Shown here in pieces: positions 57,701 through 64,000 of a stretch of 64,000 nt of DNA. Positions within the stretch are counted from its first letter, which is position 1. Every line of letters begins with the position of its first letter. This stretch comes from Eledone cirrhosa. Lineage: Eukaryota. The stretch covers positions 12,276,001 to 12,340,000 of the forward strand of contig OZ024744.1 of NCBI GenBank assembly GCA_964016885.1, in the 5' to 3' direction. The notes beneath the pieces were generated by a model. It searched no databases. It was not told where the DNA came from and worked only from the letters and a program-made list of their open reading frames with translations. The position numbers were made by a program, and so were the translations under genes.

Positions 57701-57745
57701 ACCTCTGGTGTCCTTGGTCCTCATATTACCACAGAGGAGAGGAAG
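9777..57745. repeat. ~48-kb tandem satellite, 45-bp monomer (42-bp variant common), roughly 1,100 units; consensus ACCTCTGGTGTCCTTGGTC(T/C)CCA(T/C)ATTACCACAGAGGAGAGGAAG
   Basis: Uninterrupted head-to-tail units in one orientation, with no inserted element seen. Unit lengths are multiples of 3 and the consensus lacks stops in 5 of 6 frames, which explains the many overlapping ORFs. Confidence 0.99.
34536..41339. repeat. Near-identical 3,388-bp tandem block duplication within the satellite (34536-37923 / 37924-~41339)
   Basis: ORF pairs offset by exactly 3388 with near-identical translation (34799/38187, 35005/38393, 35661/39049, 36896/40284, 37032/40420). The only difference noticed is ATTGCCACAG versus ATTGCAACAG (~35728/39116). 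Confidence 0.95.
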
Positions 57746-57992
57746 TTAGTTAACTACTGGGGCCTGACTGACCACTTACTCTTTGTACCTGTCTAAGTGG
57801 AGACCTCCGGTGCCCCTAGTCCCCGCACTGCTGATTTCCTCTGTAAATAGAAAGACAACACCCTGTTTGAGGAAGTCGACCTGTGAGGTGGGGTGGATGT
57901 TGCAGCGTGTGTCTCTGACTATTCTCCATAGTAACACCTTTGCCATTTTGTCAGCGGAATGCAGCCAAAACACTGCTCAGACTGGGGTGTAG
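57746..57992 (+). mobile_element. Decayed CRE-clade-like retrotransposon, right part: end of RLE domain to the ORF stop
   Basis: Reads on from the last satellite unit: (TEERK)LVNYWGLTDHLLFVPV*VETSGAPSPRTADFL, then after a frameshift EVGWMLQRVSLTILHSNTFAILS...*, matching the terminal L.QR.S.AI.RGN...IL motif. Followed by T-rich sequence and a short (AAT)n at ~58122-58136. Confidence 0.85.
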
Positions 57993-58158
57993 TATCTGTC
58001 TCTCCACCTCTCCCTTTCATTCTTGGCTTGATTCTTTTTTACTTTTTCTTCTTTTCATTACCTTTTTTTGTTCCCTTTAATATTTTTTTTTTGTTTTTGT
58101 ATAAACAACTTCATTTAACAAAATAATAATAATAATTATAATTTTAATTATAATAATT

Positions 58159-58346
58159 GTTTCTACTTTAGGCACAAGGTCTGCAATTTGAAGGGGATGA
58201 GAAAGCTGATTCAATCAACCTCATTACATTACTGGTACTTTATTTTATCGACCCCATAAAGGTGAAAGGCAAAGCTTACCTCAGAATGTAAAGAGACGTA
58301 ACTATATGCCATGAATCATGTTGTCCAATGCTCTACTGATTCAGCC
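58159..58346 (-). mobile_element. Degenerate tRNA-derived SINE (MetaSINE-like), copy 1 of a tandem pair
   Basis: TTTCTACTTTAGGCACAAGG...CATTACTGGTACTTTATTTTATCGACCCC...TGAAAGGCAAAG...CTCAGAA...GCTCTACTGATTC; colinear with the next copy and with 8040-8218. Confidence 0.75.
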
Positions 58347-58354
58347 TAATAACT

Positions 58355-58530
58355 GTTTCTACTTTTGGCACAAGGCCAGCAATTATTCCAGTGCATTACT
58401 GGTATTTTATTTTATCAACTCCGTAAGGATGAAAGGCAAAGTTAACCTCGATGGGATTTCAACTCAGATCATAAAGTGAGGTAACTCTATGCTTCAAAGC
58501 ATGGCATCCGACCCTCTACCGATACTGTGG
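58355..58530 (-). mobile_element. Degenerate tRNA-derived SINE (MetaSINE-like), copy 2 of a tandem pair
   Basis: TTTCTACTTTTGGCACAAGG...CCAGTGCATTACTGGTATTTTATTTTATCAACTCC...GGATGAAAGGCAAAGTTAACCTCG...GGATTTCAACTCAG (B-box-like on minus strand)...CTCTACCGATACTG. Confidence 0.75.
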
Positions 58531-58635
58531 ACATTTGATCACAAACTAAAAAAAAACATCAGAAATGTTGATTTTAACAATTTGCAGAGATTTATATAAA
58601 TATTTTGTTTTTGTTTCTTTTATTTTCTGTTTTAG

Positions 58636-58807
58636 ATTTGAAGAGGATTTACAAAATCTCACCCTTCTGAACAGCCAGCTGAAAAAGAAGCAGAAACATT
58701 TTAGGAAATTTTGTTCCTTTATGCAAAAGATTTTGAGTTCTTGTAATGAATTCCATGAGATCAGAGACATTATTTCAAGATATGATACCTTGATTTCAAC
58801 ATTTAAT
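58636..58807 (+). CDS. CCDC42: Internal coding exon (172 bp, phase 2 to phase 0) of a CCDC42/CFAP73-family cilia/flagella coiled-coil protein
   Basis: Polypyrimidine tract plus acceptor TTTTCTGTTTTAG|A and donor AAT|GTAAGA. The open frame FEEDLQNLTLLNSQLKKKQKHFRKFCSFMQKILSSCNEFHEIRDIISRYDTLISTFN is coiled-coil-like; EFHEIRDIISRYDTL matches my recollection of the CCDC42/CFAP73 EF.EI.E.I.RY.TL motif. Exon status is firmer than the paralogue name. Confidence 0.7.
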
Positions 58808-58866
58808 GTAAGATATTGGTTATACTTTCTGAATTCTGAATATTTTAGTTTAATATTTTTCTTCAA

Positions 58867-59303
58867 TTCAGTTTCCATGCCAACCCTTACCTATGGTCAT
58901 GAATCTTGGGTAATGGCTGAAAGAATACGATCTCGAATACAAGCGGCCGAACTGTGGTTTCTCCAAAGGGTCTTTGGAATAACATTACTCGATAAAGTGC
59001 ATAGCTTGGAGATGAGAGAGTCACTCCAGGTAGAGCTGCTACTTCTCTAAATTGAGAGATGACAGCTCTGATACTATGGAGGACATGTGGTTAGAATATC
59101 TTAGTAAAGAATCACTGGACAGATTTTACGGGTAAAACCAACTGGTAGAAGACTCAGGGGTAGACGCTGAGCAAGGTGGGAGGATAACATCCATGAGATT
59201 GACTGGTCTCACTTGAGGATCCAGCTGCATCAGTCGGAGACAGTTGCTTCTGACATGACCTGCTGCAAGGAGTGTTTGAGGACTCTGGCCCCATGATCCT
59301 CTC
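58867..59303 (+). mobile_element. 3' fragment of an RTE-clade LINE (Expander/Rex3-like), decayed
   Basis: PTLTYGHESWVMAERIRSRIQAAELWFLQRVFG...IER*QL*YYG/HVVR...KPTGRRLRGRR*ARWEDNI: post-RT C-terminal RTE motifs with stops. Confidence 0.85.
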
Positions 59304-59351
59304 AAGAAGAAGAAGAAGAAGAAGAAGAAGAAGAAGAAGAAGAAGAAGAAG

Positions 59352-59381
<30 letters not shown>
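59304..59381. repeat. (AAG)26 microsatellite
   Basis: Pure AAG tract of 78 bp. Confidence 0.99.
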
Positions 59382-59382
<1 letters not shown>

Positions 59383-59550
59383 GATTTTATATGGGTTGGA
59401 TGGGTCTCTCTCAGCACAGTATCTCTCCACTCGTCACGGTCCTTTGTTATCTCCTCTGTGAGTCTCAGTGATTTAAGATCAAATCTCACAACCGCTGCCC
59501 AGGTCTTTCTTGGTCTACCTCTACTGTGGCTTCCTCCCACTGGCATTTCC
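59382..59550 (-). mobile_element. Extreme 3' fragment of a second RTE-clade LINE
   Basis: Minus-strand translation PVGGSHSRGRPRKTWAAVVRFDLKSLRLTEEITKDRDEWR contains the RTE C-terminal RGRPRKTW...DR..WR motif. Confidence 0.85.
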
Positions 59551-60134
59551 TGATTAAAACACCAACTTAATAGAATTCTGGCTGTATTACTAAATCCCTC
59601 AAATTCTTGATTATTTCAAAATCAGGTACTCTTCAGTTCCAAATAATAGGTGAGGTAAATAAGCAGGGTAGGGGTTGGAAAATCTGTAAACTTTCTAGGT
59701 TGTCTCCATTGATTATTTTAAAAACCAGAATTAGTTGTTTAGTTTACATATTGAGACCACAAGCTACCCTATTTATTTAATATATGGGATTTCTTGTAAT
59801 GTACTTTTTTTGTCATGTGAAATGTTTTTCAATGGAAAATTAATTGTTGCAGGAATGTTACCACTTAAAATAAAATTTTGTCGGAGATAGATTAGCAAAA
59901 TTTAATGAGCGGTATAGAATAAGAGTGGTGGGAGGGGTCTCAAAAATAAAAAGGCACGTGTGGGGAGGGGGCGATTACTTGAGACCCAAGACTAGTGCCC
60001 TTCATTAGAAATATGGTAACAAAAAGGTTCATTCTTTCTTAGTGAGACATTATAATAGAAAAATAAATATTTATTACAGCTGTATAGGGGAGTTGTTGTT
60101 GTTTTGGTATTGTGGTATTGTGACCATTTCAACA

Positions 60135-60569
60135 TGCTGTTGCTGCTGCTGTTGTTGTTGTTGTTGTTGTTGGGCCCCAGGTTAGACATGTTGCTGTTGT
60201 TGTTGTTGGGCCCCAGGTTAGACATGTTGCTGTTGTTGTTGTTGGGCCCCAGGTTAGACATGTTGTTGTTGTTGTTGTTGGGCTCCAGGTTAGACATGTT
60301 GTTGTTGTTGTTGTTGTTGTTGTTGGGGCCCAGGTTAGACATGTTGTTGTTGTTGTTGTTGTTGGGCCCCAGGTTAGACATGTTGTTGTTGTTGTTGTTG
60401 GGCCCCAGGTTAGACATGTTGTTGTTGTTGTTGTTGGGCCCCAGGTTAGACATGTTGTTGTTGTTGTTGTTGGGCCCCAGGTTAGACATGTTGTTGTTGT
60501 TGTTGTTGTTGTTGGGCCCCAGGTTAGACATGTTGTTGTTGTTGTTGTTGTTGGGGCCCAGGTTAGACA

Positions 60570-60600
<31 letters not shown>

Positions 60601-60917
60601 GGGCCCCAGGTTAGACATGTTGTTGTTGTTGTTGTTGGATCCCAGGTTAGACATGTTGTTGTTGTTGTTGTTGTTGGGGCCCAGGTTAGACATGTTGTTG
60701 TTGTTGTTGTTGGATCCCAGGTTAGACATGTTGTTGTTGTTGTTGTTGTTGGGGCCCAGGTTAGACATGTTGTTGTTGTTGTTGTTGGATCCCAGGTTAG
60801 ACATGTTGTTGTTGTTGTTGTTGTTGGGCCCCAGGTTAGACATGTTGTTGTTGTTGTTGTTGGATCCCAGGTTAGACATGTTGTTGTTGTTGTTGTTGTT
60901 GGGGCCCAGGTTAGACA

Positions 60918-60956
<39 letters not shown>

Positions 60957-60974
60957 CGGGCCCCAGGTTAGACA

Positions 60975-61005
<31 letters not shown>

Positions 61006-61022
61006 GGGCCCCAGGTTAGACA

Positions 61023-61053
<31 letters not shown>

Positions 61054-61188
61054 GGGCCCCAGGTTAGACATGTTGTTGTTGTTGTTGTTGTTGGGCCCCA
61101 GGTTAGACATGTTGTTGTTGTTGTTGCTGGGCCCCAGGTTAGACATGTTGTTGTTGTTGTTGTTGTTGTTGGGGGCCCAGGTTAGACA

Positions 61189-61227
<39 letters not shown>

Positions 61228-61386
61228 CGGGCCCCAGGTTAGACATGTTGTTGTTGTTATTGTTGTTGTTGTTGTTGTTGTCGGGCCCCAGGTTAGACAT
61301 GTTGTTGTTGTTGTTGTTGGGCCCCAGGTTAGACATGTTGTTGTTGTTGTTGTTGGGCCCCAGGTTAGACATGTTGTTGTTGTTGT
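60135..61386. repeat. Compound minisatellite: 30 copies of an ~18-bp core GGGCCCCAGGTTAGACAT separated by variable-length (GTT)n tracts
   Basis: 30 CAGGTTAGACAT cores counted; GTT tracts of about 6-13 units; GGATCC variant at 60637, 60712, 60787 and 60862. Confidence 0.98.
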
Positions 61387-61599
61387 TTCTACAGAACCCT
61401 CCCACAATTTGGTGGTGCTTGTTTGCTGTGGCTGTTTGCTGTAAACACTCAATGACAATGTCACAGATAAAGATAAATTCACCTCCTGTTGCTGGACGAG
61501 AATACAAGGACCCCTCTCTATTTCAGACACGGATGACAAACATAATTCCATCTCCCACACACCTCCCTGCCCCTCAAACCCATCCATCCCACCCTCCCA

Positions 61600-64000
61600 A
61601 CTTCAGAGTTGGTACCATGAATATAGGCACTTGGAAAGGTCGCTCTAATGAGGTTGTAAAGATGCTTGAACGTAAGGAAGTTGATGTTTGCTGTGTTCAA
61701 GGGGTGGGTCTGTTAGATTCATTGTGGGTAAAAAATGATGCTATAAACTTTTCTGGATGGGAAATGACAACGGACTGGGTGGAGTAGGAATTATGTTAGC
61801 AGAAAAATGTGTAGAGAAGGTAATTGACGTAAATAGAGTGAATGATAAAATAATCAAAATAAGACTAGTTCTTAATAGAACTACTGTGACAGTAATATCC
61901 ACTTATGCACCCCAATCTGGTCTACCTGACGTTATAAAAGACAGGTTCTATGAGACGCTAATGCTCACTACCTCCCAAATAACTGACAGTGACTACATAA
62001 TTATTGTGAAGAATGCACCTCCCAACATAGCCTCATAGTTAGTGACCTCATAGTCAGGACTAGATGTACTCGACATCAGAGGAGGCCTACCCTGATGAGA
62101 AGAATATGAAAGTTAAAGGACCCCATAACCAGTGACAAATTTAAAAGCTTATTACTTGATGCCTCTGACAATAAGGAAGAGCAATTAGAGACGTACAATA
62201 TAGAGGAACAGTGGGAATTCTTGAAAGTTAACCTGCTGAAGGCGACAGATGAAATCTGTGGCTGGAGCAGACCTATAGGTAGGAGGAGAGTAACTTGGTG
62301 GTGGAACAGTAAGGTGGAGGAGTCAATCAAGGCCAAAAAGAAAGGCTTGGACAGTATGGCAGGATGGAGGAAGTAGAGAACACTATGAAGTGACCAGGAG
62401 AGAAGCTAAGAGACAAGTGTACTTTGCAAGAAGGGAAGTAGAGGATAGAAAGTTCAAGTATGTTTACAACGTGAGGTGTTCAGACAATGTGTCAAGGAAA
62501 ACCGTGATATTGTTGGGGAGAAGTGTGCCCGTAATGATGATGGTGTACTTGCCCTCACTGATACTGATAAGCAGATAGCTTGCAAGTGTCACTACGAGAG
62601 ACTATTAAATGAGGAGAATAAATGAGATAAAGATACTCTGCCCCAAATCCATCCAATAGAAGGACCAGCGGTGCAAGTTAAAGCTATTATAATAAGTAAG
62701 GCAATCAAAGATATGAAGACATGCAAGGCAGCTGGGCCTTCGGAGATAGTTGCTGAGATGTTGAAGGCATCTGGAATGGTGGGACATACTATGGTCACCC
62801 GTATAGTTAACCAAGTAATATAGAATGGCGTCATACCATCACCATTAACTGCTACAAGGGTAAAGGGGATGCACTAGATAGGGGAAACTATAGAGGCATT
62901 AAGTTAGTTGACCAGGTCATGAAGGTCACAGAAAGAGTTATAGCACAACTAATCAGAGAATGAATTGATCTAGATGAAATGCAGTTTGGGTTTGTGTCAG
63001 GTAAAAGTACCACAAACACTCTTTTCATCATACGACAACTACAGGAGAAGTACCTAGCTAAAAGTAAACCCTTCTACTTAGCTTTTGTAGACCTGGAGAA
63101 AGCCTTTGACAGAGACCCCTGCTCCATTATCTGGTGGGCTCTTAGAAAACCAGGTGTAGATGAATGGCTTGTGAGAGCTATACAAGCTATGTATAAAGAA
63201 ACAGTCAGTAAGGTTAGAATTAACAATGAATATTGTGAAGAATTTAGTGTAAAAGTTGGTGTTCATCAAGGCTCTGTCCTTAGCCGCCTTCTATTTATTA
63301 TTGCCCTTCAGGCTATAACAGGGGAGTTTAAGACCGGCTGCCCATGGGAACTCCTATACACAGATGATATAACTCTCATAGCTGAATCTATGGCTGAACT
63401 AGAGAAGAAATTCCAAACATGGAAGAATGGCCTAGAATCAAAAGACCTTAAAGTTAACTTGTCTAAGACTAAAGTTCTAGTTTGTAGAAAGGAAAATAGA
63501 GTACAGGTGCCCTCAGGCAAATGGCCATGCTCAGTGTGTAGGAAAGGAGTAGGCAGAAATTCCATTTTATGTCCCAAATGCAAACTATGGGTACATAAAA
63601 GATGTAGTGGGATCACAGGTAAACTATCTAAGAACGTAGACTTTATATGTGGGCGATGCTCAGGTGCAATAAGTAGCAAGTGACCACAGGATACTAGCTC
63701 CTTCTATTGCCCAGATGGTTCTATAGAAATAGTAGACACTTTCCGTTGCCTGGGTGACGAAATCAGCAGTGGAGGAGGGTGTTCTGAAAGTACAGTAGCC
63801 AGAGTCAGAACGGGATGGAAAAAGTTCAGAGAGCTTATATCGCTGTTGACCACAAAAGGCTTCCATCTAAAAATGAAAGGCAGATTGTATGATGCCTGTA
63901 TACGAACAGCAATGTTACATGGCAGTGAGACATGGACATTGCGTGCAGAGGATATACGCAGACTGGAAAGGAACAAAGCATGCATTCTCCGTTGGATGTG
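61600..64000 (+). mobile_element. Decayed RTE-like LINE (APE endonuclease + reverse transcriptase + PHD-like Cys/His finger), running off the right edge; 61390-61600 may be its 5' region
   Basis: APE N-terminus FRVGTMNIGTWKGRS...VDVCCVQ, GGVGIM, ISTYAPQSG. RT motifs NYRGIKL, QFGF, FVDLEKAFD, VGVHQGSVLS, LLYTDD (63357). CxxC...CxxC...H..C...CxxC at 63528-63659. Multiple stops and frameshifts, and an apparent deletion of the APE C-terminal half near 62010-62070. Confidence 0.95.

Noticed and set aside
9777-57745. C2H2 zinc-finger array (HITTGERK resembles the HTGEKP linker)
   Set aside because: The period is 15 aa rather than 28, there is no CxxC...HxxxH spacing, and the RLE origin explains the peptide.
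1-57745. CRISPR array (33-45-bp periodicity, palindromic units)
   Set aside because: No unique spacers, no cas genes, and a eukaryotic context (spliceosomal exon, LINEs, SINEs).
9674-57796. Numerous long overlapping ORFs (TSGVLGLHITTEERK, LVSLVSILPQRRGRP, WCPWSPYYHRGEED, METKDTRGLPLLCGN, VVIWRPRTPEVFLSS) as a mucin-like or repeat-protein gene
   Set aside because: Five frames are open simply because the unit is 45/42 bp and stop-poor; frames switch at frequent 1-bp indels, and there is no unique terminus or splice structure.
9728-57803. Flanking 49-bp direct repeat as a target-site duplication or LTR pair
   Set aside because: It is longer than a usual TSD, 16% diverged, lacks LTR termini, and is RLE coding sequence contiguous with the monomer's source segments.
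58546-59050. 161-aa plus ORF and 110-aa minus ORF as complete genes
   Set aside because: The plus ORF is a chance read-through of intron, exon, intron and RTE fragment; the minus ORF is antisense to the exon.
60172-61386. CRISPR-like repeat/spacer array or interstitial telomeric repeat (GGTTAG in the core)
   Set aside because: The spacers are only (GTT)n, and GGTTAG occurs once per unit, never as tandem TTAGGG.
59992-61587. 531-aa poly-Asn prion-like ORF (-) and 446-aa poly-Leu ORF (+)
   Set aside because: Both are translations of the (GTT)n minisatellite, change frame at an extra G near 61171, and the minus ORF starts antisense within the LINE's 5' region.
62979-63683. 234-aa RT ORF as an active reverse transcriptase
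   Set aside because: It is bounded by in-frame stops within a frameshifted, partly deleted LINE, and the catalytic motif has drifted to YTDD.

Overview
Repeat-dominated animal genomic DNA; the SINE/LINE content looks octopus-like, but that taxon call is from recall and unverified. About 90% of the window is tandem repeat: a 40-bp AT-rich satellite (1-~7990, open at the left edge), a ~33-bp minisatellite (8324-9290), a ~48-kb 45/42-bp satellite (9777-57745) and an 18-bp+(GTT)n minisatellite (60135-61386). Almost all ORFs in the track are artefacts of these repeats. Main result: the 48-kb satellite splits a decayed CRE-like (restriction-like endonuclease, RLE) non-LTR retrotransposon, and its monomer is a chimera of two non-adjacent pieces of that endonuclease coding sequence, with the skipped piece preserved once at each end of the array. 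A single internal exon resembling CCDC42/CFAP73 (58636-58807, +) implies that everything upstream lies in an intron of at least 58.6 kb made almost entirely of satellite. Three tRNA-derived SINE remnants, two tail-to-tail RTE 3' fragments and a dead PHD-finger-bearing RTE LINE complete the window.
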